Counted from the first letter of the stretch, positions 9,066 through 18,365 are shown. The stretch: 62,279 nt of DNA from a virus (IMGVR_UViG_3300032116_000190:1-62279); one strand, 5' to 3'. The notes: generated by a model from the letters alone, not told the origin. A program made the numbers and translations.

Positions 9066-10700
9066 TTATAGGCATTGGCAATCTAATGTTTTATTGAAAT
9101 CGCATTGACAACTTGTTGGGAAACCGCATCCGCCTGCATTACACGCACTTGGGTTTCCTGAACAGAAGGTCGGTACGATGCCACTGCAATTTCCATTGAG
9201 TACATACGGAATCATAACATTAGGATCTGACGGATACTTATCTACTGTATGCGTGTTCAATATTGCAATATTTAGTTCAGCATCAACCGTTGTACCATCA
9301 ATATTGGTTATAGTGATAGGAATATAATAATCTTCTCTTTCACTCTCAATAGATTCTACATATCCACTTAATATACCATGATCATTAAAGGTAAAATTAT
9401 ATGGCAGCGGTTCATGTAGTGTTATCGACGCCACTGTCAGTGGATTAAAGATAACGGAACGAGAAACCATTCCTACAGGTATAGCAGCAAATAACTCAGG
9501 ATCCATAGAAATGTTAGAATACGGATCAATCAAACCGGTTATCAGTGTGCTAATTGAATTAGGTGAATTTTCATATTTAGGATCATTTAAAAGCAATAAA
9601 TTGTGTTTGATGAAGAAAGACATTCTATTAACAGTGGAATGGTTAAACTTACTGTCAATGTCATCATCAAATCTAAAAGTAGGGAGTGTAGCGTTATATG
9701 CTAAAATAGCTGAATGGATTGCGGCGGAAACTGAGGTTCCTGATACAAAACTATATTCTCCGGTCAAGGTAGCTACATAAATATTTTCTCCGGGAGCCCA
9801 ACCAGATAGTCTACCGCCATTTACTGTTCCGCCGGTTACGCTGATTGCTTGCGCGCCGGTATAATCTGAGAAGTCACATGGAGAAAGTGAGGCATTATAT
9901 GCGCCCACAACCAAAGCCTCTGCCATTGCTGCCGGAGTAACGTTTCCAACATCGGTGCCGGTGTTGCCTGCCGCAACAACAATCTGGGCGCCAGCAAGCC
10001 AAAGAGTTCTTAATTTTGATTCAACATATTCATTTCTTTCAATTTCCCAACTACAATTGATAACACCATACGCATTTGTTTGTGAGAAATCGGTATAGAT
10101 AGCATCCAACGCAGCCAAGAAATCACTTAGTTTTGTGGGAACATCTTTGTCAAAGATTTTTACTACCTTAAGCTTAGCGTTAGTGATACCGCAAGTTTTT
10201 CCTACGATAAGGCTGGCTAGTGCGGTACCGTGTCCTTTTCTATCTACAAAATCATCATTCAGTGAGTATAGTAGATCAATATCAGCACCGTCAAACTCCG
10301 GGTGATCCAGTGTAATACCGCTATCCATCAAATAAACATTGGCGCCGGCGCCACTTAGTGGTAGCTGGTAAGTCTCAGCGTCTAGGTCTACTACAGATGC
10401 ACTATATACCTTCCACCAATCTTTTTGATCAGAAAGCGTTACTGTTTTGGCGCCTTCATCAGATAAACTAGGAAGTTGAACCGGGACTGTGGTTAATAGT
10501 TTAATGTGGTTGGTGTGGTCAGCATCATCCTTAATGTGTTCTACAATTTCACTAGCGGGCGGCTCTGATTCGCATTCTACCAAAACTACCTGCTCAAATG
10601 CACTGAATGTCTTAAGTACAGTTGCACCGCATGCGTTTAGGTATTCATTGATTTCAACTTCTGTAGTGCCGTTAACAAAGTCAATAATATATTGTTGCAT
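9066..10700 (-). CDS. Subtilisin-like S8 protease with Cys-rich C-terminus
   Basis: MDSG, GHGT, AAGN, SGTS motifs; prodomain. Confidence 0.9.
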   Translation of the reverse strand: MQQYIIDFVNGTTEVEINEYLNACGATVLKTFSAFEQVVLVECESEPPASEIVEHIKDDADHTNHIKLLTTVPVQLPSLSDEGAKTVTLSDQKDWWKVYSASVVDLDAETYQLPLSGAGANVYLMDSGITLDHPEFDGADIDLLYSLNDDFVDRKGHGTALASLIVGKTCGITNAKLKVVKIFDKDVPTKLSDFLAALDAIYTDFSQTNAYGVINCSWEIERNEYVESKLRTLWLAGAQIVVAAGNTGTDVGNVTPAAMAEALVVGAYNASLSPCDFSDYTGAQAISVTGGTVNGGRLSGWAPGENIYVATLTGEYSFVSGTSVSAAIHSAILAYNATLPTFRFDDDIDSKFNHSTVNRMSFFIKHNLLLLNDPKYENSPNSISTLITGLIDPYSNISMDPELFAAIPVGMVSRSVIFNPLTVASITLHEPLPYNFTFNDHGILSGYVESIESEREDYYIPITITNIDGTTVDAELNIAILNTHTVDKYPSDPNVMIPYVLNGNCSGIVPTFCSGNPSACNAGGCGFPTSCQCDFNKTLDCQCL

Positions 10701-10705
10701 TAACC

Positions 10706-10945
10706 TTAATCCTTTTTATCCTGATATTCTCTTACAAACTTACCCCATTTACCAACCGGGCATTCAGCAGAAGGTATATATGTCTTAGCCTTCATAAAGC
10801 AACCACACTTCTTACACTGATTAGTCAAATGGATAAGGTGTTCGCATGTCAGGCAAACATCAAACCTAACATTTCTTTCTTCTTCTGAGAGAGGTTTGGC
10901 AGATTCCCTCAAATGTTCAAGTCGGTGTTTAAGTTTCTCTAGCAT
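10706..10945 (-). CDS. Small Cys-rich protein (DUF6171-like)
   Basis: CLTC..CKKCGCFMKAK..CPVGKW. Confidence 0.7.
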   Translation of the reverse strand: MLEKLKHRLEHLRESAKPLSEEERNVRFDVCLTCEHLIHLTNQCKKCGCFMKAKTYIPSAECPVGKWGKFVREYQDKKD

Positions 10946-10993
10946 ACTTCTATTTATCTTTTATCTAAAGCAAGCTATAATAAATAGCACACG

Positions 10994-11437
10994 ATGCTCA
11001 CACAGAAAATAACCTTTGATCAGATACTTCCTATTTGGAGAGACTATCTTTGGCCAAATAGAATTAGTGAAATCACGCCCAATAGCGCAATGTGTTTTTT
11101 GGAAGGTTATGATCTAGTAAACATGCAGACCACACCTACATTCTTCGCATATATGGTAGATAACGAGATAGCTGGCGTAAACAGCGGGCACATGTGTAAT
11201 AACAAACACTATCGTTCTAGAGGATTATATGTATTTGAAAAATATCGTGGTAGGGGAATCGGCGTAGAATTATTGAAAGCTACGATTGAGCAAGCCAAAT
11301 TAGAAGGTGCGGTTATGTGCTGGAGCTATCCAAAAGATACAAGCTGGTCCACCTACAGTAAAGCAGGGTTTGCGTTAGCTAGTGAGTTTGAAGTTAGTGA
11401 AAACGGCGTCAATGCTTATTGCATGATCAATCTTTAG
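10994..11437 (+). CDS. GNAT acetyltransferase
   Basis: LYVFEKYRGRGIG..YSKAGF. Confidence 0.85.
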   Translation: MLTQKITFDQILPIWRDYLWPNRISEITPNSAMCFLEGYDLVNMQTTPTFFAYMVDNEIAGVNSGHMCNNKHYRSRGLYVFEKYRGRGIGVELLKATIEQAKLEGAVMCWSYPKDTSWSTYSKAGFALASEFEVSENGVNAYCMINL

Positions 11438-11925
11438 TACCATTCACCTTCATTACGCATTCTGCGTATGAATGTACAATAGACACTTGCGATGCCGTAG
11501 CAGCGCAATTTTACAGTACTAATCAATCCACGATCAACGATTTCAGGAAGATAGACAATACTGGTGTTATTGATAGGTACGTTTCCAGGAACGATAGTTT
11601 GACCACCGGTAGAAACTGTAGGACTCGCCTCCGTAGCGACATTACTGAATATGAATACGTTTGGATATAGATTTCTGGGCTGTGCCAATAGATAGTCATA
11701 TGCGTCTTGATTCTGACAGTTCAACCAAAAACGAACGCCCTGCAAATATCTATCAGTAACTTCTATCCAATCATTCTCTTGGCCAAGATAGAGTTTGTTA
11801 TCAAATCTCCATACATCAACCATGCAGGAAAACCCCGAATTGAAAGCTTTTGCTATCTGATTCGGGGTGTTGGCATCTTCAAAGTTCTGCCCGTCATATA
11901 TACCCTGGTATGAAATAATCAGCAT
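11434..11925 (-). CDS. Degenerate glycerophosphodiester phosphodiesterase-like protein
   Basis: ANTP..GFSCMVDVW..LYLG pattern; usual HRG is YQG. Confidence 0.5.
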   Translation of the reverse strand: MLIISYQGIYDGQNFEDANTPNQIAKAFNSGFSCMVDVWRFDNKLYLGQENDWIEVTDRYLQGVRFWLNCQNQDAYDYLLAQPRNLYPNVFIFSNVATEASPTVSTGGQTIVPGNVPINNTSIVYLPEIVDRGLISTVKLRCYGIASVYCTFIRRMRNEGEWY

Positions 11926-11932
11926 AATGTAT

Positions 11933-12388
11933 TTATGCAGACTGGTTATTGTCCTTTTTCGCATTAATATATGCGTAGTATTTGTCTACAAATACAGGAT
12001 CTTGAGATATAACTCTGACTTTAGTATCCTTGTGATACACGATATGAGGTACATCACCTGATATTACTGCACTGACCGCCCAGTCTAAAACATCAATTGA
12101 TATTTCTTTTCCTGCAGGAACAATATAGACATAAGGAATATCGTCTAGTACGTTGTTGATCATTATCATACCAACAACATCTGGCTTAAAACTTACAGGA
12201 ACAATTGAATTTTGTTTCCATACACATTTAAAGCCTTTGCATGGATCATATGGACGATTAGAATAAATGCTGCAACCGTTTTTAGTTACAAAATGACAGG
12301 GTTTCCCTGGCCCCATTTCATAACCATATATATTTGCAGTAAGATGACCATCACAGCATTTTGTGCAGCCATCACAACTCCTATCCAT
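11933..12388 (-). CDS. YkgJ-like Cys-cluster protein
   Basis: CDGCTKCC..C..GCSIYSNRP..C..F.C.W. Confidence 0.8.
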   Translation of the reverse strand: MDRSCDGCTKCCDGHLTANIYGYEMGPGKPCHFVTKNGCSIYSNRPYDPCKGFKCVWKQNSIVPVSFKPDVVGMIMINNVLDDIPYVYIVPAGKEISIDVLDWAVSAVISGDVPHIVYHKDTKVRVISQDPVFVDKYYAYINAKKDNNQSA

Positions 12389-12402
12389 ATCTCACCTAAA
12401 TT

Positions 12403-12477
12403 TGGAGCGGAAGATGGGATTCGAACCCACGACATTCACCTTGGCAAGGTGACGCTCTACCCCTGAGCTACTCCCGC
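12403..12477 (-). tRNA. tRNA-Gly(GCC)
   Basis: Cloverleaf, encoded CCA. Confidence 0.95.
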
Positions 12478-12481
12478 ATTA

Positions 12482-12799
12482 TTATATTAACGTCCTAGTT
12501 ACTACAGTATAGTTATGATTTGCTAGTTCGGTCACAATCTGATTTTGAAATCCAGTGATTGCCTCTTGCCCTAATTTTAGAATCAGCCAATCTATCACCT
12601 GTTGAGAGGTCAACTGATCAAATGGGACATAATCATTAGGATCAGCAGGATCTAATTCAGTTAGTCCGTATACATTAGCAACACAAGTCCCATCGTTTCC
12701 TTGATATCGCCAATTCACTGCTACTACAACGTCAACCATTGAATCGTGTAGTAGGGCAACTTGCAAATCTACAATAACCCATTCGTATGTAACTGACAT
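12482..12799 (-). CDS. Hypothetical phage protein
   Basis: 105-aa ORF between tRNAs. Confidence 0.7.
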   Translation of the reverse strand: MSVTYEWVIVDLQVALLHDSMVDVVVAVNWRYQGNDGTCVANVYGLTELDPADPNDYVPFDQLTSQQVIDWLILKLGQEAITGFQNQIVTELANHNYTVVTRTLI

Positions 12800-12816
12800 G
12801 TCAATCCCTTTATATT

Positions 12817-12890
12817 TGGAGCGGGATACGGGAATCGAACCCGTCTGATCAGCTTGGAAGGCTGGAGCATTACCACTATGCTAATCCCGC
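12817..12890 (-). tRNA. tRNA-Gly(TCC)
   Basis: Cloverleaf, CCA. Confidence 0.95.
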
Positions 12891-12897
12891 TTAAAAC

Positions 12898-12976
12898 TGG
12901 TTGCGGGGGTCGGATTTGAACCGACGATTTCCGGCTTATGAGACCAGCGAGGACAACCTGACTCCTCTACCCCACG
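12898..12976 (-). tRNA. tRNA-Met(CAT), initiator-like
   Basis: C1:A72 mismatch, CAT anticodon, CCA. Confidence 0.9.
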
Positions 12977-12982
12977 ACAATA

Positions 12983-13068
12983 AACTATTTTGAAGAACAC
13001 ACTCAACATCTTGCCCTTGATTCACTACTGCTACTAGGGGCACGTTCTAGTGTATTCATCAAAATAGT
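12983..13068 (-). ncRNA. Long irregular hairpin RNA
   Basis: ACTATTTTGATGAATACACT...AGTGTGTTCTTCAAAATAGT closing stem. Confidence 0.45.
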
Positions 13069-13084
13069 CTAATATTATTTAGTC

Positions 13085-13940
13085 TATTTCTTACAAAGCC
13101 TGAGATTACAGCCTTAAACGAGAGTCTTTGAGTTGTACCGAATCCCTTGCGAGGACCGTTGACTCGTTATCCACTAACGCCTTTTACGGTCAGTTAGTAA
13201 CTCTCAACGCTGCCTTTTTTGACGAGTGGCGTTTCTCGTGTCATAACATGCTATTCGTCCTTCATTCTTTCGTCAGCCTTGCGGGCTGTTCAAGGTCGCT
13301 AAACCCTTACGCCTTCATTCCGAACAACTACTTCTGCCTTGCGGGCTTCCGTAGACCACATTGCCTTGCGACTGTGGTATTAAGCGTCTTTCACATGTTA
13401 CCGGAGCAGTCTTTCGCTTTTTATGGTTGCATAGATAGGAGTTGAACCTATTACCTACATTACATCAAAATGTTGCTCTACCGAATGAGCTACAATGCGA
13501 AACCTACCAAGATGTGCTGCTCCAGTTGCTTCATAGCTTGTTAGCTACAAAATACAACACACCTCATGTCTTTTGCCTTGCGGGCTACTCAACCATACTT
13601 CACGATTCCAGAGCAAGTGTCCTCTTTCACCGTTTGTATTGCTATCTCGCCTTTCCTTGCAGGGTCAGACTCAATAACTACCTGTTAACTTTCAGTACTC
13701 GTCAGTTTGGCTGCACATCGTGAGGGCGCCAACCCTCTTAGCTACTCACCGATTTGGCTCTGTAGCCTATCCCTTCGGACGACATACCTGACTTACTACC
13801 TACCGCCTTCGTCAGACGGGCCTTTCGGCTAGTTCAGGCTTGCATAGATGGACTTGTATTGCTACAAGCGCAAGTGCGTAGGCTTTCTTGCTTTGACAGA
13901 GATTACTCCCTGCTACCCTAGTGAGGCTATGCCCCCAATT
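13085..13940 (-). ncRNA. GOLLD-like giant structured RNA with embedded tRNA
   Basis: ~850 nt with no credible ORF; many GCAA/GAAA-capped hairpins (e.g. CAGCCCGCAAGGCTG); internal tRNA; own promoter and boxA. Confidence 0.7.
13424..13499 (-). tRNA. Degenerate tRNA-Ile(GAT) embedded in GOLLD-like RNA
   Basis: D and T arms and CCA present; ACATT-TTGATGT-AATGT; two acceptor mismatches. Confidence 0.65.
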
Positions 13941-13950
13941 CTTAATTCAA

Positions 13951-14019
13951 TTTTCAAAGAGCTAAGACGATTTCTCGTCTTGATAAATTCATTATACTTA
14001 TTCTTGATACTAATGTCAA
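13951..14019 (-). promoter_or_regulatory. Sigma70 promoter + hairpin + boxA-like leader
   Basis: TTGACA..TATAAT, AAGACGA-GAAA-TCGTCTT, GCTCTTTGAAA. Confidence 0.7.
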
Positions 14020-14380
14020 GAACTTTTTTGCCTATTTGTGAAAAAAGTTTTAGTCGTAAACTTCTTCACGGGTATCGTTAGCAAACTCAACCAGTGCAGC
14101 AGCCAGTTCCAGCGCCTGCGACTTATTCATTTGCAGATACCAATAACCGAAATCAGGACGATTACGTTCTTCTTCCGGCTTCTTAAAAGTCAGTTGAACG
14201 CACTTACCATCTTCCTTGCCACCGAAGTAGCGAACCATAGAAACTTCACCAGTCTTACCAGTGACGCCCTTGAGTTGAGTAGACATATGTAAGTCCTTTC
14301 AATTGCTCTTGATATATACTCTTATAACAAGATATCAGGCTAATGTCAAGAACTTTTTTGCCTATTTGTGAAAAAAGTTT
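14010..14380. repeat. 41-bp exact direct repeat (14010-14050, 14340-14380) flanking one ORF
   Basis: ctaatgtcaagaacttttttgcctatttgtgaaaaaagttt twice. Confidence 0.9.
14050..14286 (-). CDS. Hypothetical protein
   Basis: RYFGGKEDGKCVQLT; AGGA RBS. Confidence 0.75.
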   Translation of the reverse strand: MSTQLKGVTGKTGEVSMVRYFGGKEDGKCVQLTFKKPEEERNRPDFGYWYLQMNKSQALELAAALVEFANDTREEVYD

Positions 14381-14608
14381 GGAAGAGAAAAAGCAAGTGA
14401 TAGACAATGCAATACACAGCGACCCGCCCTAAGGACAAAGTCTATAAACACTAAACACTACACAAGCTGCAAAAATAACGTATCTCTAAGCGGCAACTCA
14501 CAAATCTGAATAAAGCTTAGGTCATGCTATTATGGAGCGTTTCAAGCGCCTGTGCTACACAGTATCTCCGATACCAGGGTGTCTACTCTCGTCTCTCTTT
14601 CTCTTCCT
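14381..14608 (-). ncRNA. Candidate ~230-nt structured RNA
   Basis: GGAAGAGAAAGAG...CTTTTTCTCTTCC closing stem, internal hairpins. Confidence 0.5.
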
Positions 14609-14652
14609 GGTAACGTCCTCAAGATGGAGTCAAAAAGGACGCTACCAAACTC

Positions 14653-15216
14653 TTAGATGATGTCCTCAGCCTTGAGAACTGCAACAGTGCCAGCAGCAAG
14701 TTCGATTGTAGTGCGAACATTAGCTTCAAGCAATGCATCCTGCAATGCTTGCTTCTTCTTCTTAGCAAGTGAAAGATTGCTTCGGAAATCTTCCAAATCA
14801 CTATCAGCGAAGATAGAAGTGCTTACTTCGCTTGAATGAAAGCTATAGCTTTCACCATCACGATTAGCAATCTTCTCAAGCTTGCCGCCGATGACCTTAA
14901 GGTCAGTCTGAACATTTGCCTTAGCAAACGGTGCAAAGAACACGAGGTCCTTTTCAATGCGGGCAAGATCGGCAAGAAGATTGTCAATGTTGTTCTCTGC
15001 ATTAGCAGAGGCAACCTTAGTGCGAATGTCATATAGCGCGGCAATTAGATTCCAACGGCGTTGAACATTACGGTCAAACTTCTGCTTGGCAAGTTCAATC
15101 TCCGTTGCAGGAGTCTGGAACTCGTTGATGCTAACATCAGCCTTAAACTCCAAACCCTTGAGGGCTTCGTTGATTAAAACTTGAAGTGCATTTGCCTTGC
15201 GTAGTGAAACTTGCAT
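14653..15216 (-). CDS. Coiled-coil hypothetical protein
   Basis: True start MQVSLRKANALQ after GAGG; longer track ORF runs into tRNA-Asp. Confidence 0.8.
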   Translation of the reverse strand: MQVSLRKANALQVLINEALKGLEFKADVSINEFQTPATEIELAKQKFDRNVQRRWNLIAALYDIRTKVASANAENNIDNLLADLARIEKDLVFFAPFAKANVQTDLKVIGGKLEKIANRDGESYSFHSSEVSTSIFADSDLEDFRSNLSLAKKKKQALQDALLEANVRTTIELAAGTVAVLKAEDII

Positions 15217-15235
15217 TTTTCTTTCCTCTATAAAA

Positions 15236-15312
15236 TGGCGACTCGTACGGGACTTGAACCCGTGGCCTCTAGCGTGACAGGCTAGCGATCTAACCAACTG
15301 ATCTAACGAGCC
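15236..15312 (-). tRNA. tRNA-Asp(GTC)
   Basis: Cloverleaf, CCA. Confidence 0.95.
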
Positions 15313-15378
15313 ATTAAACTCTGTATATACTTCTTATAATGTATTCTAATACGATAGTCAATCGTTTTGGGTAAGCTT

Positions 15379-15455
15379 TGGTGACGCAGGGTAGAATTGA
15401 ACTACCGACCTCGGGCTTATGAGACCCACGCTCTGACCATCTGAGCTACTGCGCC
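15379..15455 (-). tRNA. tRNA-Met(CAT), elongator-like
   Basis: Cloverleaf, CCA; 5' end overlaps HisRS stop. Confidence 0.9.
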
Positions 15456-16076
15456 ATTTGTTTCTCTAAAGCAAGTAGCAGTCTGTCAACTCCTATTGCC
15501 CATCCACATCCTTGAGGATAAGTGCCTCCACCAGCGATTTGTTTCTGTGCCCCAAGTATATCACACCTAGCTTCAAATCCATCGCGGGAATAATAACTCA
15601 ATCCTCGCTTGACGTTTTCATCAAACTCATATTCAACATTACTACCGTTCAAGCATAATGTCAAGAGATTTTTTGCCTCTTGTTCATAATCGCCAGGACC
15701 TAGAATCTCAACACCGAATTGAGTAAACTCACGGTATCTACCTTCTTGTGGTCTTTCGTAACGATAGCAACGAGTGACATAAAACAGTTTGATTGGTTTG
15801 GGTAGTGAATTCTTCCAATTCTGTTCGTACATCTGCTGAATCATTGCAGTAGCTTCTGGAATCAACGTGACCTCACGATCACCTTTATCCTTGAAGTTCC
15901 ACAACTGATTCTGTATTTCTGAACCTGAACGTTGAATCCAAGTGTCAGTTTCCCATAGCACGGGAAGAACTATTTCACTAAAGCCTGCATCAATGAAGAC
16001 AGTTCCGTAGCGTGTCAATCATAGACACATAACGAGAAGCCTGTTCACCCATCAATACTCGTGTACCCTTAATCAT
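15446..16076 (-). CDS. hisS: Minimal histidyl-tRNA synthetase-like protein (catalytic core only) with +1 frameshift near 16004
   Basis: MIKGTR start; DKGDREVTLIPEAT, YRYERPQEGRYREFTQFGVE, RGLSYY, IAGGGTY, GWAIGVDRL. Confidence 0.8.
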
Positions 16077-16127
16077 TTCAAATTCCTTTTAATATTTTAC
16101 TTGATAGTTTTTACTATCATTCTTTTT

Positions 16128-16146
16128 TGGTGTCCCCGACGAGGAC
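16128..16146 (-). other. Acceptor-stem-only tRNA remnant (microhelix)
   Basis: GTCCTCG-T-CGGGGAC-A-CCA. Confidence 0.45.
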
Positions 16147-16325
16147 ACTCTATTGTTAGGACAATTCAAGCTTAGTTAAATCAAATGCCTTTGAAAAAGA
16201 CATAACACGTTCCCATAACTCCGCTTGGGTAAGTCCTGATGGAATACTTGCAGAACATGAAACTGTTCGTTCTGAATTATGGACTTTGCCATATAATGTG
16301 TATTTGTAGATCATTGGTTTTTCCT

Positions 16326-16694
16326 TTAACAAAACGTTTTAATTGCTTTTAAATCTTCACCGATCATATCTTCACTTAGTGGACCGATACCAAGACAAGT
16401 CGTAGTAGGTTCCTTAAAGACAGTGAATCCTTTGTCAGTGATTAGTTGTGTAGCGCATACGTCATTGTATGCTTTTTGAAGCTCCTGTAGCTGCTCTACA
16501 GTGTCTACAATCAAGGTAATCTTGAATGAGTGTCCACTGTCTAGATAAGCTTTAGCAAGCTCCGGAGTCTCTGCCATAGCGTTCATGAAAGTATGCAAGT
16601 AAGCATGACCTGCTTGCGTACACATTTTACCACGAACCCCGTTAATTTTGTCTACAGATTCTTTTGCGAAAACGCAATACATCTTATATTTCAT
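16326..16694 (-). CDS. Peptidyl-tRNA hydrolase, Pth2 family
   Basis: GKMCTQAGHA..KITL..DKGFT..TCLGIGP. Confidence 0.9.
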   Translation of the reverse strand: MKYKMYCVFAKESVDKINGVRGKMCTQAGHAYLHTFMNAMAETPELAKAYLDSGHSFKITLIVDTVEQLQELQKAYNDVCATQLITDKGFTVFKEPTTTCLGIGPLSEDMIGEDLKAIKTFC

Positions 16695-16896
16695 CAGACT
16701 CTACCTTAATTGCTACGTAGTCCATTTGAGGACGTAGCGTTTTTCTTTTCTCAACAAGTGCTAATGCTTCTTCTTCGGAATAGAACTTAGCATCAGGCCA
16801 TGACGAGAATGGCGTGCCGTTGATCGGTATAGTCTTAGATACTACAATCCATTTAGTCATTTTCTTGGCTTTCGATTGCCGTAATGATTTTTCCAA
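16684..16896 (-). CDS. Small hypothetical protein
   Basis: ORF overlapping pth2 start; start uncertain. Confidence 0.5.
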   Translation of the reverse strand: MEKSLRQSKAKKMTKWIVVSKTIPINGTPFSSWPDAKFYSEEEALALVEKRKTLRPQMDYVAIKVESDEI

Positions 16897-17034
16897 GCTT
16901 CGTCTGTGTAGGCAGGTCCATGTCTACTCAAGAGAAGTTCTCGTTCTTGAGGATCCATCATGATCCACTCCTCGTGAGTATAACGCTTGCCTGACTTAGC
17001 TAATGTCATAGCTGGCATGTTATTCTCCTTTATA

Positions 17035-17109
17035 TGGTAGCCCGAACGGGTTCCGACCCCGCTTCTCTTGGTTGAGAACCAAGTGTCCTAGCCACTAGAC
17101 GACCGGGCC
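17035..17109 (-). tRNA. tRNA-Glu(CTC)
   Basis: Cloverleaf with atypical T-loop GTCGGAA, CCA. Confidence 0.9.
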
Positions 17110-17129
17110 ACAGTGTTGTGTCAAGAGTT

Positions 17130-18347
17130 TTACCCCTTGACACAAACTACCTGCTTCAACGTATGCACGATATCTACAAGGTCAAACTGTGCAGCCATAA
17201 CTGCATCAATGTCCTTGTACGCCTTCGGCGTTTCGTCAATAACGTCTGCGTCCTTTCGGCACTCAACCCCTGCCGTAGCAGCGATATGGTCCTCAAGAGT
17301 GAAACGCTTCTTCGCTTCGGTACGGCTCATAGAGCGTCCTGCACCGTGTGAACACGAACAGAACGATTCACGATTACCCTTACCACGAACGATGAATGAC
17401 TTTGCACCCATTGAACCCGGGATAATTCCCATTTCGTCCTTCTTAGCGGACACTGCACCCTTACGAGTAACAAGAACGTCCTCACCGAAGTGCTTTTCGT
17501 GCGATACATAGTTGTGGTGACAGTTAACTGCCATCAACTCACTATAGAACGGCTTCGTGATCACTGAACGGATAGCAGCAATAGTTGCTTCCATCATTAC
17601 TTCACGGTTGCTACGAGCAAACTTCTGTGCCCAAGACACTGCCTGCATGTAGTCGTTGAAGTGATCAGTGCCTTCCGGCAGATACGCAAGGTCCATATCC
17701 GGAAGATTGATAAACCACTTACGCATATCCTGCTTCGCAAGTTCAATGAAGTAGGAACCGATACGGTTACCAATACCACGAGAACCTGAGTGCAGCATGA
17801 TCCAAACGTAATCATCTTCATCAAGACAAATCTCTACGAAGTGATTACCAGAACCAAGCGTACCCAAATGATGAGGCGCACGTTCTGCTGCCTGACCAAT
17901 CTTAGGATGCTTAGCTACGATTTCAGCAAGACCAGCCGCATGTGCAGTAAACTTAAGTGCAGCTTCGCTAGAAGGAACACCGAATGCACCACGGTCATTC
18001 TTGCCACCATTGTCAGTACGACCATGCGGCACTCGTGCTTCAATTGCAGAGCGAATGCCAAACAGGTTGTCGGGCAAATCTTCTGCACGAAGATTGGTCT
18101 TGTGCGCCATCATACCGCAACCGATATCAACGCCGACCGCAGCAGGGATGATTGCATTCTTGGTCGGAATAACCGAACCAACAGTCGCACCCATTCCCCA
18201 GTGAACATCAGGCATAATTGCTACGTGCTTGTGGATAAAGGGCATAGAAGCAATATTGTCAAGCTGGGCGCGGGCTTGATCCTCAACGGTCACGCCGTCG
18301 ATCCATGCCTTAATAAGACCACCCTTGTTTCCTTGAATTACTTGCAT
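17130..18347 (-). CDS. rtcB: RtcB RNA ligase
   Basis: MPDVH, VGVDIGCG, GSGNHFVE, HSGSRG, HHNY, RKGA, PGSMG, SHGAGR. Confidence 0.97.
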   Translation of the reverse strand: MQVIQGNKGGLIKAWIDGVTVEDQARAQLDNIASMPFIHKHVAIMPDVHWGMGATVGSVIPTKNAIIPAAVGVDIGCGMMAHKTNLRAEDLPDNLFGIRSAIEARVPHGRTDNGGKNDRGAFGVPSSEAALKFTAHAAGLAEIVAKHPKIGQAAERAPHHLGTLGSGNHFVEICLDEDDYVWIMLHSGSRGIGNRIGSYFIELAKQDMRKWFINLPDMDLAYLPEGTDHFNDYMQAVSWAQKFARSNREVMMEATIAAIRSVITKPFYSELMAVNCHHNYVSHEKHFGEDVLVTRKGAVSAKKDEMGIIPGSMGAKSFIVRGKGNRESFCSCSHGAGRSMSRTEAKKRFTLEDHIAATAGVECRKDADVIDETPKAYKDIDAVMAAQFDLVDIVHTLKQVVCVKG

Positions 18348-18365
18348 AACTACTTCCTTTAAAAA

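Noticed and set aside
13128-14081. Plus-strand ORFs in the GOLLD-like region
   Set aside because: No RBS or protein-like composition; region is explained as minus-strand structured RNA
15217-15297. N-terminal extension of ORF 14653-15297
   Set aside because: Overlaps tRNA-Asp; RBS supports start at 15216
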